Part shown: positions 1 to 8,861 of the stretch, in pieces
How the letters are laid out: each line of letters begins with the position of its first letter
Numbering within the stretch: position 1 is the first letter of the stretch
Source of the DNA: Thermodesulfobacteriota bacterium
Lineage (GTDB): Bacteria > Desulfobacterota > Desulfomonilia > UBA1062
Length of the DNA stretch: 64,000 nucleotides
Direction of reading: 5' to 3'
Assembly: GCA_036834365.1 (NCBI GenBank)
Contig: DAITOA010000014.1
Span: 6,825 to 70,824, forward strand
Program-made: the position numbers and the translations under genes
Notes under the pieces: generated by a model
Told to the model about the DNA's origin: nothing
Database searches by the model: none
What the model saw: only the letters and a program-made list of their open reading frames with translations

Positions 1-1137
1 ATCAGCAACCTGGGGAGACTCAAGGCGCATAAAAGGGTCAAGCCTTCGCTCATTATCGCCATAACCGGCTGTGTCGCCCAGCAGGAAGGCGAAGGCCTGA
101 GGGAGCGCATGCCCCATATCGACATCGTCCTCGGCACACATCAGCTCCATCGCCTCCCGGATCTTGTCAATCGGGTCCACAGGCATTCCCTGCCGGTAGC
201 CGAAACAGCCTTTTCAGACTGCATTCCCTTTCTGGACACCATCCCTGGTGCCGCCTTCTCTAACCAACCCCACCGTGCCTATATCAACATCATGCAGGGA
301 TGCGACAACTACTGCTCGTACTGTATCGTTCCCTATGTGCGGGGCCGTGAGATCAGCAGAGACTACAGGAAAATCCTTGATGAAGTCCGCCTCCATGCCC
401 GACGGGGCGTCAAGGAGATCTTCCTCCTGGGCCAGAACGTCAACTCCTATCAGGGAGGCATGGCTTTCCCCGAACTCCTGCGTCACATCCACGGAATAGA
501 AGGGATCGAGCGCATCCGCTTCACTACATCCCACCCCAAGGATGTCAGCGATGACCTCATTGCCTGCTTCAGGGATATGGAAAAGCTGTGCAGCCATATC
601 CACCTTCCCTTCCAGTCCGGGTCCGACAAGGTGCTCAAGGCCATGAACAGGCACTACACCCATCGATCGTACCTGGACCTCATAGCAAGGCTCCGGGACG
701 CACGTCCCGACATGGCCTTCAGTGCGGATGTCATGGTCGGCTTCCCGGATGAAAGAGACGTGGATTTCAGGGATACGCTGGACATTCTTGAATCTGTGCG
801 GTTCGATGTGCTCTATTCATTCAAGTACTCCGTCCGGCCCGGCACTGCTGCGGCAGAGCTCGGAGACAACATTCCCGTTGAGGATAAGGTCGAAAGGCTG
901 AGGGTGCTTCAGGCCATGCAGAAAAAGATCACTATCGAAAACAACCGGCGCCGCATCGGGGGCACCTATGCCGTTCTGGTGGATGGCAACAGTCAGAAAA
1001 ACTCCGAGCAGATATATGGAAGGACCTCCCATAACGCCATCGTTAATTTCACCGGTGCCACGGCCCTCATCGGAGAGATCGTATCGGTGAAGATCACCAG
1101 GGCAAACCCCAATTCGCTCACCGGTGAAATATCGTGA
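1..1137 (+). CDS. miaB: tRNA-2-methylthio-N6-dimethylallyladenosine synthase MiaB (5' truncated by window edge)
   Basis: Frame 1 is open from base 1 (ISNLGRLKAHK...ITGCVAQQEG). Radical SAM CxxxCxxC motif GCDNYCSYCIVP, LLGQNVNSY, RFTTSHP, HLPFQSGSD and a C-terminal TRAM domain (GRTSHNAIVNF). Confidence 0.95.
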   Translation: MSNLGRLKAHKRVKPSLIIAITGCVAQQEGEGLRERMPHIDIVLGTHQLHRLPDLVNRVHRHSLPVAETAFSDCIPFLDTIPGAAFSNQPHRAYINIMQGCDNYCSYCIVPYVRGREISRDYRKILDEVRLHARRGVKEIFLLGQNVNSYQGGMAFPELLRHIHGIEGIERIRFTTSHPKDVSDDLIACFRDMEKLCSHIHLPFQSGSDKVLKAMNRHYTHRSYLDLIARLRDARPDMAFSADVMVGFPDERDVDFRDTLDILESVRFDVLYSFKYSVRPGTAAAELGDNIPVEDKVERLRVLQAMQKKITIENNRRRIGGTYAVLVDGNSQKNSEQIYGRTSHNAIVNFTGATALIGEIVSVKITRANPNSLTGEIS

Positions 1138-1214
1138 CGGCTCTTGCCACTGATTGGGTTCTGACAATCATTTCCATTGGATTTCATCATATCGAGGTGA
1201 TATGAGCGTTTCCT

Positions 1215-2129
1215 ATGGAACAGCCCAGACGGTGGCCCACCATTCTGATACTCATCGCCATCCAGATCGCCTGGATCATCATCGTAGGCCTGTGGGTCGT
1301 ATGGTATCTCCACTACCGTCACATACGCATGCAGCCGATCGGGGTGTGGGACGTGGTCATCATCACCGAGGCCTCAGCCCTTTTCACCCTCATTCTCGCA
1401 GGCATCTATGTACTGTTCATACTCTACCAGCGGCAGCTCACCCTCATGAGAACCCAGATGCACATCATCCAGTCGGTCACCCATGCGTTCAAGACACCCA
1501 TCGCCACGATGCAGCTCTATCTCGAGACCATGACGAAGCGCGACCTCCCGGAAAAAACCAGATCCGATCTCTTAAGCGGCATGATAACGGCGAACCAGCG
1601 ACTGAAATCCCTGGTCTTTAATTTCCTGGAGAGTGCACGTCTGAGCTCCAACCGGCGGCACTACAACTTCTCCGTCATCTCCGCCCCACAGCTTATATCA
1701 GCCTGTATTGCCAATCACCAGGTCTTCTTCAAGGACGTTGAGGTTACCATTCATACTGAAGATAGAGACATCCCCATTTGCGTCGATGCCGATGCATTTG
1801 AAATGGTCTTCTCAAACCTCATAGAGAATGCGGTCCACTATTCCACCGATATCCCCCGGGTGGATATCAAGCTCAAGAAAGATGAGAAGTGGGCTTATAT
1901 CGATTTTTCTGATACAGGGATAGGCATACCCAAAGACCGCTACCGGGACATCTTCAAGATGTTCAAGAGGCTTCCAGATGCAATGAGCCTATGGGGGTCA
2001 GGTACCGGAATGGGATTGTATGTGGTGAAGGGCATTATAAAGGCCCACGGTGGTACGATACGGGTAAAATCCCCGGACATGGCAGTCGGTAGTTCTTTCA
2101 GTATCAGGCTGCCCCTTGCACACCCATGA
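1215..2129 (+). CDS. Two-component sensor histidine kinase (HisKA + HATPase_c), two N-terminal TM helices
   Basis: H-box THAFKTP, N-box NLIENAVHYS, G1 DTGIGIP, G2 GTGMGLYVVK; two hydrophobic N-terminal segments. Confidence 0.92.
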   Translation: MEQPRRWPTILILIAIQIAWIIIVGLWVVWYLHYRHIRMQPIGVWDVVIITEASALFTLILAGIYVLFILYQRQLTLMRTQMHIIQSVTHAFKTPIATMQLYLETMTKRDLPEKTRSDLLSGMITANQRLKSLVFNFLESARLSSNRRHYNFSVISAPQLISACIANHQVFFKDVEVTIHTEDRDIPICVDADAFEMVFSNLIENAVHYSTDIPRVDIKLKKDEKWAYIDFSDTGIGIPKDRYRDIFKMFKRLPDAMSLWGSGTGMGLYVVKGIIKAHGGTIRVKSPDMAVGSSFSIRLPLAHP

Positions 2130-2815
2130 CGATAAAATGGCGTATCTTGATCATTGAAGACGACCAGGCCCTAGCCCTGGGCCTGAGGATCAACCTTGAA
2201 GCAGAAGGGTATGAGATCATCCACACCCCCAGTGCGGAGGAAGGTCTGGCTGTGCTCGAAAACGCCAGTATGGATCTGGTCGTCCTCGATCTCATGCTGC
2301 CCGGGATCGATGGACTGGAGGCGCTCCGCTGCATAAGGAGCGAGAATCTGAAACTACCGGTTCTCATTCTCACGGCACGTTCAGCCATGGATGATAAGGT
2401 GGAAGGACTGAGGGCCGGCGCCGATGACTACCTCACAAAACCATTCCATCTTGAAGAATTACTCCTGAGGGTACGCAGGATGCTCGACCGCTACCAATGG
2501 TACAAGCCGGAAGATGTCCTGCAGATAGGAGAAACAAGGATCGATTTCAACACACTGGAAATCTCGGATGTTAACGGCAAGGTATCCCGTATAACCCCCC
2601 ATGAGGCAAATCTGATCCAGTATCTGAACATCCACCAGGGCCGCATCGTGACCCGATCGGAACTTTTGAAGAATGTCTGGGGGCTCGACCCTGAAATCGA
2701 GACGAGAACCGTAGACACCTTCATCTCCCGTATCAGGAGGTACATTGAGAAGGATCCTTCCAGACCTGAACACGTTATCAGCATCAGGGGCAAAGGTTAC
2801 AGGCTGCTGCCTTGA
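2126..2815 (+). CDS. OmpR/PhoB-family response regulator
   Basis: REC domain (IIEDD, VLDLMLP, GADDYLTKPF) plus winged helix (ETRTVDTFISRIR, IRGKGYRL); ATGA-type overlap with the kinase. Confidence 0.95.
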   Translation: MTIKWRILIIEDDQALALGLRINLEAEGYEIIHTPSAEEGLAVLENASMDLVVLDLMLPGIDGLEALRCIRSENLKLPVLILTARSAMDDKVEGLRAGADDYLTKPFHLEELLLRVRRMLDRYQWYKPEDVLQIGETRIDFNTLEISDVNGKVSRITPHEANLIQYLNIHQGRIVTRSELLKNVWGLDPEIETRTVDTFISRIRRYIEKDPSRPEHVISIRGKGYRLLP

Positions 2816-2917
2816 AGCACTCTACCGATATCGGCACCAGACATGCCAGTTGAAATGAGGCGCACGTTTCCTTATCATTTATACAAGGGAATGTTTATAT
2901 ATGAGGAGCACATCACC

Positions 2918-3709
2918 ATGAAAGCCCGTAATTTTCAGACCTCATCCATAATCATGGGGATCATGACCATGCTTCTGGTCCTGCTCGGCGGGTGCGCTAC
3001 GGCACCCTACACCGGGAGGCAGCAACTCCTTCTTATTTCAGAAGGGGAAGAGATGGCACTGGGAGTTCAGGCCTATCGCGAAGTCCTCAAAAAAGAGAAA
3101 ATATCCACGGACCCGAAAAGCAATGCATTGGTGAAAGGAGTGGGAACCCGTATCGCCGCCGTTGCACAAAAGCCGGGATACTCCTGGGAATTTACGGTAA
3201 TCGATAACGCTAAAACCGTCAATGCATTTGCATTGCCCGGAGGCAAGGTGGCGGTTTACACAGGCATACTTCCCTATACCCAGACTGAAGCCGGTCTCGC
3301 CTTCGTGCTCGCGCACGAAGTCGGACATGCCCTGGCCCGTCATGGAGGAGAAAGGATGAGCCAGCAGCTCCTCCTTCAACTCGGACAGCAGGGACTCAAC
3401 TTGGCCATAGCCAGCAAAAGCCCTGTAGCGATAGATGCCATCAATACAGGATATGGCCTGGCATCTACCGTCGGGGTAACCCTGCCTTTCAGCAGGGAGC
3501 AGGAGTATGAAGCGGACAAGATCGGCCTTATCCTCATGGCAAAGGCCGGATACGACCCCCGAGAGGCTCCGGCATTTTTTGAACGTATGATGCGGGCTTC
3601 CAAACAGGCATCTCCTCCTGAGTTCCTCTCCACCCACCCCACGGATCAGCATCGCATCCGAAACCTCAATGCCATGATACCGGAGGCCATGCGGTATTAT
3701 AAAAAGTGA
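2918..3709 (+). CDS. M48 family zinc metallopeptidase lipoprotein (Oma1/LoiP-like)
   Basis: Lipobox LLGGC, NAFALPGG, HEVGH zinc motif, FSREQEYEAD, FLSTHP. Start moved to ATG 2918 behind GAGGAG. Confidence 0.92.
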   Translation: MKARNFQTSSIIMGIMTMLLVLLGGCATAPYTGRQQLLLISEGEEMALGVQAYREVLKKEKISTDPKSNALVKGVGTRIAAVAQKPGYSWEFTVIDNAKTVNAFALPGGKVAVYTGILPYTQTEAGLAFVLAHEVGHALARHGGERMSQQLLLQLGQQGLNLAIASKSPVAIDAINTGYGLASTVGVTLPFSREQEYEADKIGLILMAKAGYDPREAPAFFERMMRASKQASPPEFLSTHPTDQHRIRNLNAMIPEAMRYYKK

Positions 3710-3801
3710 TTACATCCACCCCCAACGATTGCGTCCGACTTTTCCCCAGTTGAAGTGCCCTTCGTGAACGGATAAGGTGCATAATGCAGCATAACTCACC
3801 T

Positions 3802-3830
3802 TTGACACATCTGATGGAATGGTCTATAGA
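3802..3830 (+). promoter_or_regulatory. sigma70-type promoter of the MerR-family gene
   Basis: TTGACA (3802-3807), 17-nt spacer, TATAGA (3825-3830). Confidence 0.65.
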
Positions 3831-3838
3831 GTCCATCT

Positions 3839-3853
3839 TATAGTTTAACTTTA
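3839..3853. promoter_or_regulatory. Palindromic operator copy 1 (TATAGTT-T-AACTTTA)
   Basis: One mismatch from the perfect palindrome TAAAGTT-N-AACTTTA; 17-nt identity (CTTATAGTTTAACTTTA) with 6326-6342; lies just downstream of the -10. Confidence 0.75.
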
Positions 3854-3863
3854 TGCTTAAGAG

Positions 3864-4565
3864 GTGCGGGAGATGGGATTGAAGATCGGTGAGATCGCCA
3901 AGAAAAGCGGAGTAGCCCCCTCGACCATACGCTACTATGTACGCCAGGGGCTGCTGCCGGAGCCGGACAAGGTCAATAAGAGCATGGCATACTATGATGA
4001 AGAATGTATTGAGAAGATCCGAGCCATCCGACACCTCCAGGAGCGTAAATACTTCCCCCTCTCGGTAATCAGAAACATACTTCGTAGGATGGACCTGGGC
4101 ATGAGCCTGGATGAGGCCGAGGCCATTGAGGATGCAGTGTTCGGGGCCCAGGAAGGCACAGCTGAAAAGCTTATGGATAAAACAGAGTTCATGGAGGCCA
4201 CGGGGCTCAGCCAGGAAGAGCTGCAGACAGCCACCAGGATAGGGCTTCTCATACCTTACCTCCAGGAAAAAGGCCGTACACTCTTCAATCAGGAGGATGT
4301 CCTCTTTTCCCGGGAGGTACTCAAAAAGATCATTTCCTTCGGCCAGGATCTGCACGACCTGAGCTTCTACGTGGACCTGGGAAGACAGATCGTCGATCGT
4401 GAGATGAGCCTTCGAAAAGCGGTTGTCAGGAACAGGGCCCCCCAGGAGAACATCCGCATTACCGCAGAGATATCCAAGATGGCCGATCTTCTCAGGGGTT
4501 ATATCCTCAGACGGCTCTTTCAGAGAAGGGTGCAGGCTGCCATTCAGAAAAGCCTCTCCGAATGA
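3864..4565 (+). CDS. MerR-family transcriptional regulator
   Basis: N-terminal MerR HTH (LKIGEIAKKSGVAPSTIRYYVRQGLLP) and a second HTH-like segment (FMEATGLSQEEL...GLLIP). The true start may be ATG 3873. Confidence 0.9.
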   Translation: MREMGLKIGEIAKKSGVAPSTIRYYVRQGLLPEPDKVNKSMAYYDEECIEKIRAIRHLQERKYFPLSVIRNILRRMDLGMSLDEAEAIEDAVFGAQEGTAEKLMDKTEFMEATGLSQEELQTATRIGLLIPYLQEKGRTLFNQEDVLFSREVLKKIISFGQDLHDLSFYVDLGRQIVDREMSLRKAVVRNRAPQENIRITAEISKMADLLRGYILRRLFQRRVQAAIQKSLSE

Positions 4566-4906
4566 ACTTGCCGACCCCAGTTCTTGTGTATTAACGCCCT
4601 TCATGGAAAGCGGGAGACAACCATTCTGAGAGGCACTCTCTCAAATACGAAAAGCATGACATTGGATAGTTTCTTTCCACAATGGAGGGTAATTGTTTTC
4701 CAAATTCATCTAAAGCATCTACGTAAGGCATCGAAACTTAAGACCTGTACCATGAGCATGATTTTTGCAACATGAGTATTTAATTGTATATTTTTATTTA
4801 TAGTGTTATTGGATCAAAGAAACATCTTAGAAAAGAATCATGCATGTGAGGGGTCAACACGGGCATCGTTCATGACCCTTCCCCGGCGTCCAACAAATGT
4901 TATGTT

Positions 4907-4931
4907 TTGTCCACCCAGGGCATGTGGATAA
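4907..4931. promoter_or_regulatory. Inverted pair of DnaA-box-like 9-mers
   Basis: TGTGGATAA (4923-4931) is the exact reverse complement of TTATCCACA; TTGTCCACC (4907-4915) has 2 mismatches; AT-rich tract at about 4778-4845. Confidence 0.35.
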
Positions 4932-5002
4932 AACTCGGACTAGTATCTAAGGATCATGCATAAGGGACCATGCATCTTCAGAGAGAGGGAGGAGTATACC
5001 GC

Positions 5003-6268
5003 ATGGAACGGTATAATATTTTACGAAGGTATAGCCTGTTCTTTCTCTCATCCATAATTGCACTGCTCATGCTTGTCCAGGGATGCCACAGCGGCGGGGG
5101 TGCCGGACCCATTGCCGCTCCGGAAGGTACCTACCAGGTGGGGTACTTTCTCGACAGCCCCGTGGAAGGCCTTGAGTACCGATCCATCTCCTGGTCAGGG
5201 ATAACTGATTCACAGGGGAGCTTCTATTACAGGGCGAGTGAGGAGGTCACTTTTTATCTCGGTGATGTCATCATCGGCCGTACATCTGCACAGCGGATCA
5301 TTACACCGGTGGATCTCGGCGGCGTTGCAGCGAATACCGCCAGTACAAAGGTCATCAATATCGCACAGTTTCTCCAGTCCCTCGATGAAGACCAAATGCC
5401 ATCCAACGGGATATATATACCCCAGGAGGTCCGCGACGCCCTTGAAGGTATTGTCGTGGACTTCACCCAGGACGACCTCAACAACGACGCCGGGGTACAG
5501 GAGATGTTCGACCGTCTAAATGGTATGGATATCTACCCCGAAGAAAACATCGGTCTCATTTCCGCCGAAGAGGCCCAGATCCACCTTGAAAATACCATAA
5601 CCCAGATCGAGACGGAGGAAGCAGAGGCAGAGGAGGCGCTCAATAATCTCAGTTTGTCGGCGTCCATCGGCTTTCCCTATTCAAGTGTCCTCATGATCCA
5701 AGGCCAGTCCATCAACCTGCAGGGGTACGTATACGGCGGGAAAACACCCTACACCTATGCTTGGCGGATAAACAGCGAAGAACCTTTCTCCACGAGACTG
5801 AGCCCGGGGAAATATACGTTCAGGACGCTGGGATCCTATACCATCACCTTTACCGCTACCGACAGCACAGGCGATGTAAAGACCGATATACGACACATCA
5901 ATGTATTCGGCTCCGAGACACAGGAAGGGGACTTCCCGGCCGATTCCATCCCATCGGTCGGCATCGTCAGTCCCCCTTCCGGGAGCACCACATTCAGTGC
6001 GGGAGACATCGTGACCTTCCAGGCTTTCCTCAATAACGGGAATACACCTCTCTACTACGGTTGGTCAGTGGGCGCTGCCCCAGATAACACCTATGACCCA
6101 AGGTCCGAGATCGTCACCTACATCTCTCCACGCACCTTTATCGTCTCGCAAGACATACAGCTCAACGCACCGGGCGAGTATTCCATTTTCATCCTGATCC
6201 AGGATACGCCCGTAGGCAGCAAAGGCCCTGACCAGCACGCTGCAAGCACGTGGGTAGTGGCGGAGTAA
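5003..6268 (+). CDS. Hypothetical surface lipoprotein, acidic, with C-terminal PKD/Ig-like beta domains
   Basis: Signal peptide ending LVQGC then HSGGG; N-domain GYFLDSPVEGLEY...LQSLDED..NGI; PKD-like YTYAW...GSYTITFTATDSTG. GGAGGAG RBS before ATG 5003. Confidence 0.75.
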   Translation: MERYNILRRYSLFFLSSIIALLMLVQGCHSGGGAGPIAAPEGTYQVGYFLDSPVEGLEYRSISWSGITDSQGSFYYRASEEVTFYLGDVIIGRTSAQRIITPVDLGGVAANTASTKVINIAQFLQSLDEDQMPSNGIYIPQEVRDALEGIVVDFTQDDLNNDAGVQEMFDRLNGMDIYPEENIGLISAEEAQIHLENTITQIETEEAEAEEALNNLSLSASIGFPYSSVLMIQGQSINLQGYVYGGKTPYTYAWRINSEEPFSTRLSPGKYTFRTLGSYTITFTATDSTGDVKTDIRHINVFGSETQEGDFPADSIPSVGIVSPPSGSTTFSAGDIVTFQAFLNNGNTPLYYGWSVGAAPDNTYDPRSEIVTYISPRTFIVSQDIQLNAPGEYSIFILIQDTPVGSKGPDQHAASTWVVAE

Positions 6269-6294
6269 GCTCATACCACGAGCAGGAAAACACC

Positions 6295-6324
6295 TTGACA
6301 AATACGGACATTCTCCTGTATTAA
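6295..6324 (+). promoter_or_regulatory. sigma70-type promoter of FabK/NMO-like gene 1
   Basis: TTGACA (6295-6300), 18 nt, TATTAA (6319-6324). Confidence 0.55.
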
Positions 6325-6327
6325 CCT

Positions 6328-6342
6328 TATAGTTTAACTTTA
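6328..6342. promoter_or_regulatory. Palindromic operator copy 2 (TATAGTT-T-AACTTTA)
   Basis: Identical to copy 1 and in the same position, just downstream of a -10 element. Confidence 0.75.
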
Positions 6343-6413
6343 ATCTTTAATAACTCATGGGGAACTATCGCAAGGTAGTCCTCACCACAAAAACATTATC
6401 AGGGAGTTATTGT

Positions 6414-7538
6414 ATGAAGACACGCATTACCGAGCTCTTCGGCATTCAGCACCCCATCATTCTCTCAGGCATGAGCTGGATAAGTGTCCCTAAAATGGTC
6501 GCAGCGGTATCCAATGCGGGAGGCCTCGGCATTCTTGCCACGGGACCATTTGATGCACAGCAGACTCGGGCTGCAATCAAGGAGATCAAGTCGCTCACCG
6601 ACAAACCCTTCGGCACCAATACCACCCTGCTCTTCCCCGGTGCTGCCGAAAATGCAAAGGTCGCCCTTGAAGAGAAGGTGCCGGTTATCAATTTCTCCCT
6701 GGGCAAAGGCGACTGGATCGTGAAGGCCGCCCATGAATACGGCGGCAAGGTCGTTGCGACCGTCGTTAATGCCCGCCATGCCAAGCGCGCCCAGGACTAT
6801 GGCTGCGATGCCCTCCTGGTGACCGGGCATGAGGCGGCGGCTCATGGCGGTGATGCAACCACATTCTGTCTCGTGCCGAGCATCGGGAATGCGGTCACTA
6901 TACCCATAATCGCTGCCGGAGGCATTGCCGACGGGAGAGGACTCGCCGCAGCACTGGCACTCGGTGCAGACGGAGCGGCGATGGGCACCCGGCTCATGAC
7001 CACCAAGGAAAGCCCTCTCCATGAGAACTACAAACAGCTCTCCATCCAGAAGGAGGTCTATGACACACTCTATTCCACCCGCTTCGACGGACTTGGCTGC
7101 AGGGTTCTCGACACCAAGGCGGCCAGGGATGCCATCCGTCAGGGCTTGAACATCAGGAAGCTCATAGAGGCATTGCCGAATTCCATGATCATTGCAGATC
7201 AGCTTCATCTCCCCTATTTCAAGCTGTTCCTGGGGGTCATGGCCTCCGGATGGAAAAACGCCAAACAGCTTGCCTTCATGGCCAATGCCTTCAAGGCCAT
7301 CCGGGTGGCCACTGAAGACGGTGATATCAATAGAGGCGTGCTCCCTGTCGGTCAGGCAACAGGGCTGATGAGAGATATCCCGACCGTGTCAGAGGTCATA
7401 GAGCGGACGGTCAGGGAGGCTGAAGCGATTGCATTGGAGCTTGCGCAGAAAACAGATGGGAAAGTGGAGTCCAGTCCCACGCCAGCGAAAAAGACAAGGG
7501 TTCCTCGGGCACCTCGAAAGACCGCACCGAAGAAGTAG
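6414..7538 (+). CDS. Nitronate monooxygenase / FabK-like FMN oxidoreductase 1
   Basis: TRITELFGIQHPII, AAVSNAGGLG, GHEAAAHGG, IIAAGGIADGRGLAAALALGADGAAMGTR, GQATGL. Start ATG 6414 after AGGGAG. Confidence 0.9.
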   Translation: MKTRITELFGIQHPIILSGMSWISVPKMVAAVSNAGGLGILATGPFDAQQTRAAIKEIKSLTDKPFGTNTTLLFPGAAENAKVALEEKVPVINFSLGKGDWIVKAAHEYGGKVVATVVNARHAKRAQDYGCDALLVTGHEAAAHGGDATTFCLVPSIGNAVTIPIIAAGGIADGRGLAAALALGADGAAMGTRLMTTKESPLHENYKQLSIQKEVYDTLYSTRFDGLGCRVLDTKAARDAIRQGLNIRKLIEALPNSMIIADQLHLPYFKLFLGVMASGWKNAKQLAFMANAFKAIRVATEDGDINRGVLPVGQATGLMRDIPTVSEVIERTVREAEAIALELAQKTDGKVESSPTPAKKTRVPRAPRKTAPKK

Positions 7539-7563
7539 AGAACATCTCGGATAATATAAAGAC

Positions 7564-7611
7564 AATGAAGAAGCGGTCATGTCCGTTGACGGACATGACC
7601 GCTTCTTCATT
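7564..7611. terminator. Long perfect inverted repeat between convergent genes (bidirectional terminator-like)
   Basis: AATGAAGAAGCGGTCATGTCCGT (7564-7586), TG, then its exact reverse complement (7589-7611). Confidence 0.8.
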
Positions 7612-7621
7612 CATCCTGGGA

Positions 7622-8611
7622 CTACTGTATGAGGCTTGAAGCTTTTTTCAGATGATCAGCCGCTTCATCGTGCATGCGTTCGAGAAGTTCCCTGCAGCTG
7701 ATCACATCCCGGATATGACCTATGGACTGGCCTACCATGAGGGGAGCATCTTCCACATCCCCTGTTTCCCATGCCTTCTTGATGCGCTGCCCAGCGATGA
7801 GCGGTATAAGGGCTTCAATTCCTTTCCCCGCCTCTTCAGCTGCAAGCACCTCTGATATGATCTTATTCTTCAATGCCCTGCCCTGAAGGCCGATGGTCTT
7901 GCAGATGAGGGTGGTCTCGTTTTCCTGGCGCTTGATGAGTTCCTGCTTGATGTTTTCGTGCACAACACAATCAGTGGTGGCTATGAACCTGCTGGCCATC
8001 ATGACTCCCTGGGCACCAAGGGTCAAAGCAGCCGCCAGTGACCTTCCATCAGAGATACCGCCCACCGTGACCACCGGGATCTTTACGGAATCGGCAATCC
8101 TCGGGGTCAGTACCATGGTGGTGACATCATCACCCAGAGGATGTCCGCCCTCTTCGAAGCCTGCCGCATAAACACCGTCATATCCGGACTTCTCTGCATG
8201 TACAGCATGTCTCACCGAGCCGACCTTGTGGAACAATTTCACACCGGCATGCTTCAATTCGTCCATGACGTTCTTGCCCAGGGCCTTGTCCAGAGGAGTC
8301 CCGGAAACCTCGATACCTGCCACACGCTCCTCGATGCACACCCTGGCGTACATGGCATGATGTTCGGAGGTGATACGTACCGAGGGAAGGATGGTGATGC
8401 CTACCATGAAAGGCTTGTCGGTGAGCTTCTTCGTCTCTGTAATGGCGGCACGGAATTCCTCCTCGGTCTCATAGTTCCCTGCCGTGAGATTCCCCATCCC
8501 GCCGGCATTCGATACTGCCGCACACAGCTTCGGTGTACAGAGCCACATCATGGCGCCGCAGATGATCGGATATTTGATACCAAACATTTCCGTTATAGCT
8601 GTCTTGATCAT
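7622..8611 (-). CDS. Nitronate monooxygenase / FabK-like FMN oxidoreductase 2
   Basis: MIKTAITEMFGIKYPII, AAVSNAGGMG, GFEEGGHP, VGGISDGRSLAAALTLGAQGVMMASRF, GQSIGHI. Confidence 0.9.
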   Translation of the reverse strand: MIKTAITEMFGIKYPIICGAMMWLCTPKLCAAVSNAGGMGNLTAGNYETEEEFRAAITETKKLTDKPFMVGITILPSVRITSEHHAMYARVCIEERVAGIEVSGTPLDKALGKNVMDELKHAGVKLFHKVGSVRHAVHAEKSGYDGVYAAGFEEGGHPLGDDVTTMVLTPRIADSVKIPVVTVGGISDGRSLAAALTLGAQGVMMASRFIATTDCVVHENIKQELIKRQENETTLICKTIGLQGRALKNKIISEVLAAEEAGKGIEALIPLIAGQRIKKAWETGDVEDAPLMVGQSIGHIRDVISCRELLERMHDEAADHLKKASSLIQ

Positions 8612-8637
8612 ATCCCCTCCCTGTGGTGATAAAAGGT

Positions 8638-8652
8638 TAAAGTTGAACTTTA
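8638..8652. promoter_or_regulatory. Palindromic operator copy 3 (TAAAGTT-G-AACTTTA, perfect)
   Basis: Perfect 7-1-7 palindrome 26 nt upstream of the minus-strand start at 8611. Confidence 0.75.
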
Positions 8653-8861
8653 TGCTTTATAATAGGTACATGCATCCGGTCACCATGTCAATACTTTTCT
8701 TGCAAACCTTGTCCTGCAAGTATCATCCCCCCTCCCCGTTGACGACGTAAATCCCAGTCCCGGCCTGAAGATCCGATACTGAATACATCACCCTGAATCT
8801 TGTCCTTTCCAGATCCCTGTGGTAGGAATACCCCGCACAATGGACCACAAGGAGGTATGCT

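Noticed and set aside
4778-4931. Replication origin
   Set aside because: Only two boxes, no dnaA/dnaN/gidA neighbours, and no switch in coding strand.
7564-7611. 23-bp inverted repeat as a MITE or REP element
   Set aside because: Single copy, no internal spacer or target duplication; its position between convergent genes fits a terminator.
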